A stretch of 64,000 nucleotides of DNA from a virus, in IMG/VR virus record IMGVR_UViG_3300036402_000303, positions 1 through 64,000 of that record; one strand, given 5' to 3'. The notes beneath the pieces are model-generated. The model searched no databases. It was not told the DNA's origin and saw only the letters and a program-made list of their open reading frames with translations. Numbering within the stretch: the stretch's first letter is position 1; every line of letters starts with the position of its first letter. The position numbers and the translations under genes were made by a program. Shown here piece by piece: positions 26,923 to 36,389 of this stretch.

Positions 26923-26937
26923 GTTCCGCATACGTTC
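26923..26937 (+). promoter_or_regulatory. Second LexA box, upstream of protease
   Basis: GTTC-CGCATAC-GTTC. Confidence 0.55.
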
Positions 26938-26997
26938 CTGATTACCGCTCCCGCAAAATTCGTTATTGGTAGACCCATTCTAACGGGAGTTGTTTTT

Positions 26998-28092
26998 ATG
27001 GCCACGGCCGAAGAGGTTGCCAGTTTTTTGGCATATGAATTTTTACGAAATGGTAATTACAGTGCGGCATCGGGGCCAGTGGAGGTTCCGAAGTTGGCTC
27101 AGATGGGAGCGGCCGCCGCAGATCTGGCCTTTGACGATGATCGGGAGGCCGCCGACGTCTTTGCAAACCTAGCGGTGCAATCGGTTGGACATGAGGAAGG
27201 CGTGCCTGATCCAAAGGTCCACATCTACCTGACTAGGGGATCGTCGAAACTGATCAAAGCGTTACCTACAGAACTCGATGGTGTCCCTGTTAGGGCGCAT
27301 AAAATGGGAGCGATAACTGTGCGGCCGGAAAGCGCAGCCGCCTCGACAAATCGAGGGCATTTGTTCGAAAGAAACAGCCGGGTATGCTGTGGCAGTTCTT
27401 GTGCGCCGACATCAGAGAATATTTCTGGAACGTTCGGCGCAATCGTTACGAAAGCTGGCGGTCCAGACCTTTTCTTATTGTCCAATAACCATGTTTTTGC
27501 CGGCTGCAATCACGTCCCGAGGCAGCAGCCTATACTTTCGCCAAGCAATATGGATAGCAGCCCGAATGTTCGCGCTCCTACCGAAATCGGTCGCCACCAT
27601 GAAATCCACGAATTGCGTAGCGGGGATCCCAACCTAGTGAATCCGTGCGACGCGGATCTCGCCATTGCGGTTGCAACTAATCCTGGCTCGATATGTTCTT
27701 GGCAGGGTGATGACACTTCAGGTTACGACACGCCGCAACATGCGATTGTGGCTCGATCGAATATGAAGGTTAAAAAGTTCGGACGAACTACGGCACTGAC
27801 GTTCGGGCAATTGGAAGCAAAAATTGGCACACCACAGGCGATTGCGTATAAGGCAAATCATTTTAAGGGAAAGGTTTGGTTTAAGGACGTTTGGTCGATC
27901 CGAGCACCCGCAGGTGAGGTGTTTGCCTTGTCCGGTGATTCCGGAAGTTTGGTTGTGACCGAGGATGGTCAACATGCTGTTGGTCTCGTTTTCGCAGCTA
28001 ATCCTGCGGGGGATTATGCGCTCATGATCCCGATGGCCTGCGTCAGCGCCTCGTTTGGCGGCCTTCAACTTGTTGGCGGACATGGAGTTTAG
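26998..28092 (+). CDS. Trypsin-like (Nal1-type) serine protease with N-terminal prodomain
   Basis: GTFG, LSNNHV (His), DADLA (Asp), KFGRTT, GDSGS (Ser); no signal peptide; lower GC. Confidence 0.85.
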   Translation: MATAEEVASFLAYEFLRNGNYSAASGPVEVPKLAQMGAAAADLAFDDDREAADVFANLAVQSVGHEEGVPDPKVHIYLTRGSSKLIKALPTELDGVPVRAHKMGAITVRPESAAASTNRGHLFERNSRVCCGSSCAPTSENISGTFGAIVTKAGGPDLFLLSNNHVFAGCNHVPRQQPILSPSNMDSSPNVRAPTEIGRHHEIHELRSGDPNLVNPCDADLAIAVATNPGSICSWQGDDTSGYDTPQHAIVARSNMKVKKFGRTTALTFGQLEAKIGTPQAIAYKANHFKGKVWFKDVWSIRAPAGEVFALSGDSGSLVVTEDGQHAVGLVFAANPAGDYALMIPMACVSASFGGLQLVGGHGV

Positions 28093-28093
28093 G

Positions 28094-28333
28094 ATGGTGA
28101 CCTCCGAATTAGCGGCGAAGGAACTCGATGCACGGCTGCGGGAGAACGCTTGGTATCTCTCAACGGGGGTTGGCGAAACGCGTGACGGGAAACCCGCTCT
28201 GTATGTTTATGTTAAAACCGCACGGCACCGAGAACTGACGCAACTTAGGTGTTGGATGGGATTTCCGGTCATGATTAGAGCGATCGGTTCGATCAAACCT
28301 TTAACAGCACTATCCAATAGGATCTCCGCTTAG
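28094..28333 (+). CDS. 79-aa stand-alone homolog of the protease N-terminal domain
   Basis: GGAG RBS; STGVGE...ALYVYV...MGFPV...IGSI versus protease SVGHEE...VHIYL...DGVPV...MGAI. Confidence 0.7.
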   Translation: MVTSELAAKELDARLRENAWYLSTGVGETRDGKPALYVYVKTARHRELTQLRCWMGFPVMIRAIGSIKPLTALSNRISA

Positions 28334-29011
28334 TCACCGCCTGTTGTACTTTCCGACCACCCGGTGACAGATCGGCCAATCGACGCGATCGACACTGAAT
28401 TTCCGCTCCGGATTGAACTGTTCCAACCGCCATTTGTCGGCGGTGTAGGACAACAGGTTCTTGATCATGGATTCGCCCTCGCCCGTCTTGGGGTCGTGGT
28501 CGTAGAAAACGTGAACTTCGTCATTCAACGGCTGCAGGCCGGGGTGTATCAGCGCCATGTCGCCGTGGCGGTAGGCGGGGGCCATCGAATTGCCGGTGAT
28601 GAGGATGCCGTAAGCGCCGGTGACGCCTTCAAGGTTTGCCGGGCGCCGGACGCGCTCGATGACGTCGGTGGTGACGATCATGTGGCCGTCGCCGCCGGCG
28701 GTCGCGGCGTAGATCGGAAAGTCGCGGTCGCCGACGAGCTCGGCGCCGGGGATGATCTGCGGGGTGAAGGTGTCCGGTTCCTGTGCCCGCGCCTTTGGCG
28801 GGTCCCCGACGCCTTCCATCAGCCACGGTAGACTGACCTTCAGAACGACCGCCAGCGCTGGCAGCTTGTCGGGATCCGGCCGGGTCTTACCGGCCTCCCA
28901 TTGCGTCACGGACACGCGGGCCACGTCGAAATGCTTTGCCAGCTCGTGCTGCTTGAGGCCGGCGGCGCGGCGGGCTAGGCGGATACGGTCACCGAGATCT
29001 GTCATTTCCAC
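28334..29011 (-). CDS. cI: CI-like repressor (XRE HTH + S24 autopeptidase)
   Basis: N-terminal HTH, Ala-Gly site, GNSMAP Ser, IKNL Lys. Confidence 0.9.
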   Translation of the reverse strand: MEMTDLGDRIRLARRAAGLKQHELAKHFDVARVSVTQWEAGKTRPDPDKLPALAVVLKVSLPWLMEGVGDPPKARAQEPDTFTPQIIPGAELVGDRDFPIYAATAGGDGHMIVTTDVIERVRRPANLEGVTGAYGILITGNSMAPAYRHGDMALIHPGLQPLNDEVHVFYDHDPKTGEGESMIKNLLSYTADKWRLEQFNPERKFSVDRVDWPICHRVVGKYNRR

Positions 29012-29014
29012 AAT

Positions 29015-29080
29015 GTAGGCAGAACCTACGCTCCCGTCACCTACGTAGGCCTTGACTGCGAGGTAGGTGACGCCTACCTA
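29015..29080. promoter_or_regulatory. cI/cro switch: operators and PR
   Basis: GTAGG-N5-CCTAC at 29015-29029 and 29063-29077; TTGACT at 29052 with N17-TACCTA. Confidence 0.75.
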
Positions 29081-29087
29081 TGGGCCC

Positions 29088-29423
29088 ATGCTTGATTTGG
29101 TTAAACAAGGCGTCCGGGAGGCTGGCGGCATTACAAAGCTCGCCAAGGGCCTACGCGTCCGCCATCAGTCTCTGTACAGCTGGAAGCAGGTGCCGGCCGG
29201 CCGCGTGCTTATGTTTGAGACCTTGACCGGCATTTCCCGGCATGTGCAACGGCCGGACATCTACCCGCTTCCGGTTAGTGCAAAGAGTACCCCAGCTGCC
29301 GGTGATACAGCCGACCGTGCTGGCGCTGCATGTCCCGATCCCATTCCTGAAACCTCCGAATCGCCGACGCCCTCTCGTGGTGTCGCAGATCCCGTCGTGA
29401 CGCCGGCTCCTGCCGACGGCTGA
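29088..29423 (+). CDS. cro: Cro/YdaS-like regulator
   Basis: AGGITKLAKGL..RHQSLYSWKQVP...RPDIY; divergent from cI. Confidence 0.8.
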   Translation: MLDLVKQGVREAGGITKLAKGLRVRHQSLYSWKQVPAGRVLMFETLTGISRHVQRPDIYPLPVSAKSTPAAGDTADRAGAACPDPIPETSESPTPSRGVADPVVTPAPADG

Positions 29424-29485
29424 CCCGCGCTGTCCGGCGCCGTGCGCGCTGGCCCTGTTGTGTGCGTTCCATGGTGTGACCTTTC

Positions 29486-30121
29486 ATGAGCAAACCGATG
29501 CGCAGAGCCTACGCAGGCCACCCCGGAATTTCCAAATCGGAGCCTATCCAAAACGGATACGGATTATCCGTTTTGGATCAAGTTTCGACCATCCATCAGG
29601 CGATCACCGAGTTCTTCGTTCAACTGCAACCCCTTAAAACGTGGGGCTTAATCCAAAAAACACTGGGCTTGAAAGAACACGCCGCCAAGCACCGCGCAGC
29701 GAACCACCGCGACTACTCGGTGGAGGAATTGCAGATGCTGCTGCACGGCGACAACGGCGACCAAATCCTCGATCTCTTGATGAAGACGGCAAACCCGGTG
29801 CCGCTCTGGTGGCAGGAGCATCAGGCGACGCGGACCCTCACGTATGCCCGAGGCCTGCAGGCTGCATCTCGCCAGTTGGCGCTCAGCATCGACAACGCTC
29901 CGATGGAGCAACCCACCCGGCGCAAACTCAGAAAGTTTATCGATGCCGACCGAACTATCAGTGCCGCCCGATCCGAAGCGGAAGCTACCGTGGGCCTTCG
30001 GTACCAGAACCCTGATCGGAGCCTGGATCCTGATATCGGCCGAGTGGCGCCTGCGAGTAGTCGCGCCTTGGCTGCGACCGCCGGCAAAACCGGCCTCGGC
30101 CGAGTCAGTGCACGACGATAA
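29486..30121 (+). CDS. Phage hypothetical protein (CII position)
   Basis: 211-aa ORF after cro. Confidence 0.6.
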   Translation: MSKPMRRAYAGHPGISKSEPIQNGYGLSVLDQVSTIHQAITEFFVQLQPLKTWGLIQKTLGLKEHAAKHRAANHRDYSVEELQMLLHGDNGDQILDLLMKTANPVPLWWQEHQATRTLTYARGLQAASRQLALSIDNAPMEQPTRRKLRKFIDADRTISAARSEAEATVGLRYQNPDRSLDPDIGRVAPASSRALAATAGKTGLGRVSARR

Positions 30122-30144
30122 TCATTTCGAGCAGGGAGTGAAGA

Positions 30145-30510
30145 ATGAAAAACGCTGAGGAAGCTATTGATCAAGATCGCCTGCATCTGGTGTCGGCAGT
30201 GGATGCCGAACACGCTAGTCGGGAAGCTGTGCACCCGGAGGAGGGGCTGCCCCGCCTGGCCGCAACCCAGCCCCACGTTGAAGACGACCACTGGAGCCAC
30301 AGTAACCCGGATTTGGTCATTCCGGAGCAGCGCGCGACTTGCGTCTACGCGAACAAATTCAACGCCATCGTGATCCGGCAGGAGAAGTCGTGGAATGAGG
30401 AGGATGACGCCTGCATCTATATCCATCCGCAGCATGTCGACGCCCTCGTTGAAAAGCTGATGCAATACAAAGCGCTCTGCGAGGAAGCGATTAGCGACAG
30501 CCGCAAATGA
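30145..30510 (+). CDS. Phage hypothetical protein
   Basis: GGAG RBS, ATGA coupling. Confidence 0.65.
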   Translation: MKNAEEAIDQDRLHLVSAVDAEHASREAVHPEEGLPRLAATQPHVEDDHWSHSNPDLVIPEQRATCVYANKFNAIVIRQEKSWNEEDDACIYIHPQHVDALVEKLMQYKALCEEAISDSRK

Positions 30511-31670
30511 CCCATCGGCCGATCGCACCAATTGACATCAACGGATTCGAGCCCGGCGGAACGCCCCGCTCGCTGCCGATCTTCGAGTCGGTGAAGCCGG
30601 AGACGCTGCTGGTCGACGACGCCTATCAGCGAGACCCCAGCGAACGAACGCTTAAGCTGGTTCGCAAGATCGTGTCGGGATGGGATTGGGCGCGGTTCAA
30701 GCCACCGGTGGCGGTGCTGACCGATGCCGGCCTTGAGCTGATTGACGGACAGCACACGGCAATCGCCGCCGCGACGCATCCGGAGATCGCCGAGATTCCG
30801 GTGATGATCATCGAAGCCCCGGAGCGAGCCGACCGGGCCGGTGCCTTCATCTCGCACAATCGGGACCGTGTCGCCGTTACAGCAATGGCGTTGCATCACG
30901 CGGCCGTCACCGCCGGCAACGCCGACGCCCAGGCGGTGAACCGCGTCTGCGCCGAGGCCGGCGTCGAGGTGCTTCGATCGCAGCCCGGTTCCGGCAAGTA
31001 CAAGGCCGGCACCACGGTTGCCGTCACCGCCATCGCAGCGCTGATCAGGGGGCGCGGCGAGGATGTCGCTGTCCGCGTATTGTCCGCGTTGGCGCGTGCC
31101 GGCTGTTCGCCGATCGTCGGCGTCCAAGTGAAGGCGGCGGACCTACTGCTGAACACGGAGGAATACTGGGGCCAGATCACGGCGGATTCGTTGGTCGCAT
31201 CGGTCCTGGCAATGGCGCCGAAGATCGATGCCGAGGTCGCACTGTTCCGCGCCGCCCATCCGTCGACGCCGGTCTGGAAGGCGATGGCCATCCTGTGGTT
31301 CAGAGCCCGCAGGGGCGCAAGAGCCGCAAGTAGCCCTTCGGCCCCGTCTAGTCCGGGGGCGAGCGCTGCTGTCACAAGCGGCGGCGCCGGTATTCGCCAA
31401 GGGGCGCGCGTAGATCGAGCGGACAGGCCGGTGCCGCCGGTTCCGCCTACGGCGGAAGAGAATCGGCCGCGCGTGCTGCTGCAGCCGGAGCGCAAGGGCG
31501 AGACGGTCATGGCCATGGCGAAGAAGGACAGCCGCGAGGAACTGGGCTGTTGGCAGCCTGGCAATCATCTGCGTCGGTGCGGACCGTGCGGCACGCCGTT
31601 CATCGGTGGGAGAAAGGCTGAACATTGCGCGGATTGCGCCTACCGGGCAGCGGAGGTGCTGCGAGCATGA
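30507..31670 (+). CDS. ParB/Srx-like N-terminal domain protein with C-terminal CxxC-CxxC
   Basis: VDDAYQR, IDGQHT motifs. Confidence 0.75.
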   Translation: MTHRPIAPIDINGFEPGGTPRSLPIFESVKPETLLVDDAYQRDPSERTLKLVRKIVSGWDWARFKPPVAVLTDAGLELIDGQHTAIAAATHPEIAEIPVMIIEAPERADRAGAFISHNRDRVAVTAMALHHAAVTAGNADAQAVNRVCAEAGVEVLRSQPGSGKYKAGTTVAVTAIAALIRGRGEDVAVRVLSALARAGCSPIVGVQVKAADLLLNTEEYWGQITADSLVASVLAMAPKIDAEVALFRAAHPSTPVWKAMAILWFRARRGARAASSPSAPSSPGASAAVTSGGAGIRQGARVDRADRPVPPVPPTAEENRPRVLLQPERKGETVMAMAKKDSREELGCWQPGNHLRRCGPCGTPFIGGRKAEHCADCAYRAAEVLRA

Positions 31671-31903
31671 GCGCTAATACAGTTCCTTACGGTGACCAGA
31701 ACTGCGGCAACTGCGTGTTTTACGTCGGGAATCGCGGCCTGGCCGAGCGCGTCAATCTCGGTATGAGCACGGGCCACTTGTTGACGTCCGGCCAATGTCG
31801 GCAGCGCCCGCCGCGACACAAGGAACCGCTTTGGCCCGAAGTCGATACGACACTCTGGTGCGGCGAGTGGAAGCACCAGCCTAACGGCGAGGGGCAGGAC
31901 TAA
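31667..31903 (+). CDS. Small Cys-rich phage protein
   Basis: CGNC...C...WCGEW. Confidence 0.65.
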   Translation: MSANTVPYGDQNCGNCVFYVGNRGLAERVNLGMSTGHLLTSGQCRQRPPRHKEPLWPEVDTTLWCGEWKHQPNGEGQD

Positions 31904-32793
31904 TGCTCGACGCCCGCAAGATTGCTCACACGATGGGCGGCGACGTGACGGGACGCGATAGCGTCAACGTTCCGGGGCCAGGTCACAGTAAGTCGGATCG
32001 ATCTCTGTCGATCCGGATCAACGCCCGCGCGCCGGGCGGCTTTGTCGTCTACAGCCATGCCGGCGATGATCCTATCGAGTGCCGGGATTATGTTCGCGAA
32101 CGCCTTGGGCTCGAAGCCTGGGGGCATTCTGGCGGTCGGACACGGCAGACCCCGTTCGCGGCGACCGACGCCGGGCCTGACCCGAAGAAAGAGCGGAACA
32201 AGCAATTCGCCCTGCGCATCTGGTCTCAATGCGTCGATCCGCGCGGCACCATCGTCGAGCGATACCTTCGCGAACACCGACATCTCGACCTTGACCCAGC
32301 GCTAGCCGGCAGGGTTATCCGGTTTCATGGCTCCTTGTTCTACAGCCCGGAAGTGCGCCACCCCGGCATGGTCTGCCTGCTTCGCAATATCGAGACCGAT
32401 GAGCCGACGGGCATTCATCGGACTTACCTTGACCGGGAGACCGCGGCCAAAATCGATCGGAAGATGTTCGGCATAGCGAAGGGAGCCGCGATAAAGCTGG
32501 ACCCGACATCGAGCGATCAGGCGCTGACGATCGGCGAAGGCGTCGAGACCGTCATGTCGGCGCGGCAGTGGGGCTACAGCCCGGCCTGGGCGCTCGGCAC
32601 CAGCGTGGCAATCAGGAACTTCCCAGTCCTGAAGCGGCCGGCCGAACTGACCATTCTGGAGGAGAACGACCCGACCAGCCGCAGAGATGTGCGCATCTGC
32701 ACCAAGCGATATCTGGCGGCGAAAAAGCCGGTCAACATCCTGACTTCAAAGGTCGGCAACGACATCAATGACGCATGGAGGGCTACCAGATGA
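31903..32793 (+). CDS. Toprim-domain primase-like protein
   Basis: PGPGH...DRSL, IHRT, GEGVET, D.ND motifs. Confidence 0.8.
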   Translation: MLDARKIAHTMGGDVTGRDSVNVPGPGHSKSDRSLSIRINARAPGGFVVYSHAGDDPIECRDYVRERLGLEAWGHSGGRTRQTPFAATDAGPDPKKERNKQFALRIWSQCVDPRGTIVERYLREHRHLDLDPALAGRVIRFHGSLFYSPEVRHPGMVCLLRNIETDEPTGIHRTYLDRETAAKIDRKMFGIAKGAAIKLDPTSSDQALTIGEGVETVMSARQWGYSPAWALGTSVAIRNFPVLKRPAELTILEENDPTSRRDVRICTKRYLAAKKPVNILTSKVGNDINDAWRATR

Positions 32794-34166
32794 CACTGGT
32801 GACGCCCGACATCATCGCGACCCGGCGCGCCGAACCGACCTTCGCAAACGACGTCATCAGCGAGGACGCAACCGCCATGGCGTTCATCGCCGAACACGGC
32901 GAAAACCTGCGCTTCTGCAAGAGCCTCGGGAAATGGTTCCGGTGGACCGAAACCCGCTGGATCGAGGACAGCAACAATCTCGCCTTTCATTTCGCCCGCG
33001 AGATTGCGCGTCGAACGGCTGAGGACGCCGACGAGCGCACCCGAGTGAGTGTCGGCCGATCCTCTTTTGCTTCCGGCGTCGAGAAATTCGCACGAGCGGA
33101 TCCGGTCGTCACCGTGGAGGTAGATCATTGGGATAGCGACCCGTTCCTGCTCGGCACGCCGGACGGCACGGTTGATCTTCGCACAGGGGCCTTGCGGCCG
33201 AGCTTTCGCGAAGATGGCATCACGAAATCCACGCTGGTGGCACCGGTCGACGCTGAGTGTCCGCGGTGGCTCGAGTTCTTGCAATATGCCAGCAACGACG
33301 ACGCCGAGCTTGTCCGCTTCTTACAGCAGTGGTGCGGCTACTGTCTTACCGGCAACACGCAGGCGCATTCCCTCGTGTTCGTCTACGGTGCGGGCGGCAA
33401 CGGCAAGGGCGTATTCATCAACGTGTTCTCGAACATTTTGGCCGACTACGCCACCATGGCCGCCATGGACACCTTCACGGCGTCTAAAAACGACAAGCAC
33501 AGCACGGAGCTTGCCCGCCTTCGCGGATCTCGCCTCGTTACAGCTTCGGAGACCGAGCAGGGTCACGCATGGGCTGAAGCCCGCATCAAAACACTGACGG
33601 GCGGCGACAAGATTGCGGCGCGCTTCATGCGGCAGGATTTTTTCGAGTTCCTGCCGCAGTTCAAGCTGACCATCATCGGCAACCACAAGCCAGTCCTTGC
33701 CAATGTCGATGACGCAGCTCGACGCCGGTTCCTTATCGTGCCGTTCGTCAGGAAGCCTGAGAAGCCGAACCTGCAGCTGGAGGCCCAACTGATGGAAGAA
33801 GCGCCCGCGATCCTGCAATGGATGATCCGCGGCTGCATCGATTGGCAACAGAATGGCCTGATCAAGCCCGCCAGCGTGTTGGCTGCCACGGAGCAATACT
33901 TCAGCGACCAGGACATGTTCGGTCAGTGGCTGGAGGACTCGTGCGAGGTGCAGCTCGGCAACGAACGCATATGGGAGAAGTCAGCCGACCTCTTCGACAG
34001 CTGGACCGAATATGCGGTGAAGGCCGGTGACGTTCCCGGCACGAAGAAGGCGTTCGGTCAGGCGATGCAGCGACGAGGCTTTGAGGCCTATCGGGTGCCC
34101 GGTGTTGGGACGCGAGCCTTTCGGTTTGTTAGGCTCCGGACGGCCTCTGCTGGATTCGATCAATGA
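32790..34166 (+). CDS. P4-family/D5-like primase-helicase (SF3)
   Basis: GAGGNGKG Walker A, TASE, LTGGD, GNHKP motifs. Confidence 0.9.
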   Translation: MTLVTPDIIATRRAEPTFANDVISEDATAMAFIAEHGENLRFCKSLGKWFRWTETRWIEDSNNLAFHFAREIARRTAEDADERTRVSVGRSSFASGVEKFARADPVVTVEVDHWDSDPFLLGTPDGTVDLRTGALRPSFREDGITKSTLVAPVDAECPRWLEFLQYASNDDAELVRFLQQWCGYCLTGNTQAHSLVFVYGAGGNGKGVFINVFSNILADYATMAAMDTFTASKNDKHSTELARLRGSRLVTASETEQGHAWAEARIKTLTGGDKIAARFMRQDFFEFLPQFKLTIIGNHKPVLANVDDAARRRFLIVPFVRKPEKPNLQLEAQLMEEAPAILQWMIRGCIDWQQNGLIKPASVLAATEQYFSDQDMFGQWLEDSCEVQLGNERIWEKSADLFDSWTEYAVKAGDVPGTKKAFGQAMQRRGFEAYRVPGVGTRAFRFVRLRTASAGFDQ

Positions 34167-34483
34167 CGCGCAGCGTGCTTCCCAACCGACGCTATCACGA
34201 GGTCCGCGAGTTCGAGCTCGATCGCATCCGCTACACCGTAGGAATCAGCCGGTTTCCTGACGGGTCACCGTCTGAAGTCTTCATGAACAGCAACAAGGCT
34301 GGCTCTGCCGCCGACACCAACGCTCGCGACGCAGCAATCCTGATGAGCTTCCTGTTCCAACACGGGGTCAACGTCGGGGACTTTGCTCCTGCCCTTGCGC
34401 GGGGTACCGACGGGAAGCCGCTCGGTCCGATCGGCATCGTTGCCGAGATGCTACAGGCAGAAATCGAAGGCAGCGCATCATGA
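34163..34483 (+). CDS. Stand-alone TSCPD-like (ribonucleotide reductase C-terminal) protein
   Basis: LPNRR...EVF...S...QHGV pattern. Confidence 0.65.
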   Translation: MTRSVLPNRRYHEVREFELDRIRYTVGISRFPDGSPSEVFMNSNKAGSAADTNARDAAILMSFLFQHGVNVGDFAPALARGTDGKPLGPIGIVAEMLQAEIEGSAS

Positions 34484-35304
34484 TGCACCGATATCATCGG
34501 CATGAGCGATTTCCGAAGGCGGTCCGATCCGATCCGGCCGGCCAGATACTGCTGGAGATCGCGCGACAGCAACAGCGCGATTTCATCTTGGATTGCTTCG
34601 ACCTGGTTGAGGGGCGACCCACCGCCGGTGCCAAGCGAGCGGAAGCGGAGCGTACTCGGCTTCTAAAACTGGCCCGGGAAGCAAAGCGAAGGGCGCTGTG
34701 TGGCGCCGACCCGCTCAACATCACAAACCACACCGGCGGGAAGAAGGCGAAGCAGATCCTTGGCGCCGATCCCATCGAATACGTCGGGCCGTTAGCGCGT
34801 GTCCGGCCGGCCATGTCCCGCCTGACCGGTAAGAACAAACTGGACCAGCAGCAGGTGTTGGCCGCTGACACTTATCGATCTGCGTTCGAAACATTGCACT
34901 CCAGCCTCGGCGGATCGATGGATTTCAACCGCGTTCGTGGAAGCGGCCGCGGCGGCGGACATTCGGAAGCGGCCGCCGACGCCAGCCTGACCATGCAGGC
35001 GGCCCGCAACCGCGTCGGCGTCCGCGCCATCGTCATTATAGAGCAGGTGGTTTGCCACGGCCGTACAGCCGAGGAATGCGCCAAACTGATCTATAGCTAT
35101 ACCGACGGCGAGACCGTTGCTGCGCGCGACATCAACTTTGTAGGGCGATCACTTCGAGAAGCCCTGTCGGAACTCGGCGAGCTTTGGTATCCGACATCGT
35201 CCCGCAGTCAACGGTCACGCACTTTCCGGCCTGCGGAGAGCCGACCGGGCGCCGGTCAGGCTGGCACGGTGCCGCTCAAGGGCGGGGCCTACGTATCGAG
35301 GTAG
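34480..35304 (+). CDS. DUF6456-like putative late-gene regulator
   Basis: Last gene of early-right operon; QQVLAA..Y, V.C.G...E, LREAL..L motifs. Confidence 0.6.
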   Translation: MMHRYHRHERFPKAVRSDPAGQILLEIARQQQRDFILDCFDLVEGRPTAGAKRAEAERTRLLKLAREAKRRALCGADPLNITNHTGGKKAKQILGADPIEYVGPLARVRPAMSRLTGKNKLDQQQVLAADTYRSAFETLHSSLGGSMDFNRVRGSGRGGGHSEAAADASLTMQAARNRVGVRAIVIIEQVVCHGRTAEECAKLIYSYTDGETVAARDINFVGRSLREALSELGELWYPTSSRSQRSRTFRPAESRPGAGQAGTVPLKGGAYVSR

Positions 35305-35307
35305 CAG

Positions 35308-35901
35308 CTAAAAGTACCCATTTTTGAAAGCGTAGACGATGGTGGTTAGATTTTCCGCTGGTTTGGTGCAGTAGCGATTCCAAAGGGCAGTGAATTTGCT
35401 GCCTTCGCTCGATGCGGCGGACTTGCCTGGGCCGAACACCGCCTGCCCGGGGATGATGGCATTGAATGAATTTGTGGCTCGATACTCGAAACAATAGAAG
35501 CCCTCGCCGGTGCGGCGCGCCACCTCCAGCTTAAAGCTGTCGGGATTTTTCATGCTCTTTTTTAGGGCCGTTCCGTAGACTGCGGCTTCCTGAAAGTACC
35601 TTTCCCTGAGTGCCTTGTCAGCATCAGCTTCGGCCTTGGCTTTGGCGACAGCGGCGTCGCGTTTCGCCTTTTCGATCTTGGCCTCGTCAGCGTCCGCAAG
35701 CAACTTTAGGCGATAGGGCGGCGCCTCGTTAAAACCCTTGGCGGCCGCAGCCTTTCGCTCGGCATCGTCGGCAAAGCCCGCAGCTTGCGCCGCCGCATCC
35801 ACTTGCCGCTGCTCATCCCTTGCAACCATTCCGGCATAATACAGAAAGCCGATAGATCCCGCGACAAACAGGACAGCAAATGTTCGTCGACCTGGTTTCA
35901 T
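35308..35901 (-). CDS. Membrane-anchored moron protein
   Basis: N-terminal TM; MKNPDSF...YRATNSFNA motif; antisense to flanking genes. Confidence 0.75.
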   Translation of the reverse strand: MKPGRRTFAVLFVAGSIGFLYYAGMVARDEQRQVDAAAQAAGFADDAERKAAAAKGFNEAPPYRLKLLADADEAKIEKAKRDAAVAKAKAEADADKALRERYFQEAAVYGTALKKSMKNPDSFKLEVARRTGEGFYCFEYRATNSFNAIIPGQAVFGPGKSAASSEGSKFTALWNRYCTKPAENLTTIVYAFKNGYF

Positions 35902-36079
35902 AGGATCACTTAAGTTGAGCGTCGCTTAAAGCTTGCACGGAATCCGGCACGTCAGGCAGGTGGAGCCGAATAACTTTTCTCGTGACAAATCGTCGCACTT
36001 AATTGTGGTCGAGTAAACCGAACGGACGTTTTTACGACCTCGCATTGGGCGCGGCGATAGTCATCCCGAGACAGCACAA

Positions 36080-36234
36080 TGCGTCACGATGCGTCACCCC
36101 TCGAAGGCAGTAGGTATCCTGCGGCCGCATTGCGTGACACGTGACGCATTGTGACGTGTTTATCTTATGATCGCTCACACGCGCGCGCGTAAGGCGGAGA
36201 TAGGAAATTTGCGTCACGATGCGTCACGCGTCAC
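36080..36234. repeat. Cluster of (T)GCGTCAC/GTGACG repeats, putative phage ori
   Basis: Copies at 36080, 36090, 36210, 36220, 36228; inverted copies at 36134, 36141, 36151. Confidence 0.6.
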
Positions 36235-36389
36235 CCGCCGGGTTCAGGGCGCTGCCGTTGACAGTCTGACAAACATCGGGCACTGCTGTGGCAAGCGTGC
36301 AGCTGCGCCTGAAACTCTCCCGGAAAACGCGGAGAGTTTTTTTGTGGGCGAATGGGATCGTTGCGTTGGTACCCATAGCCCCCCCGGTT

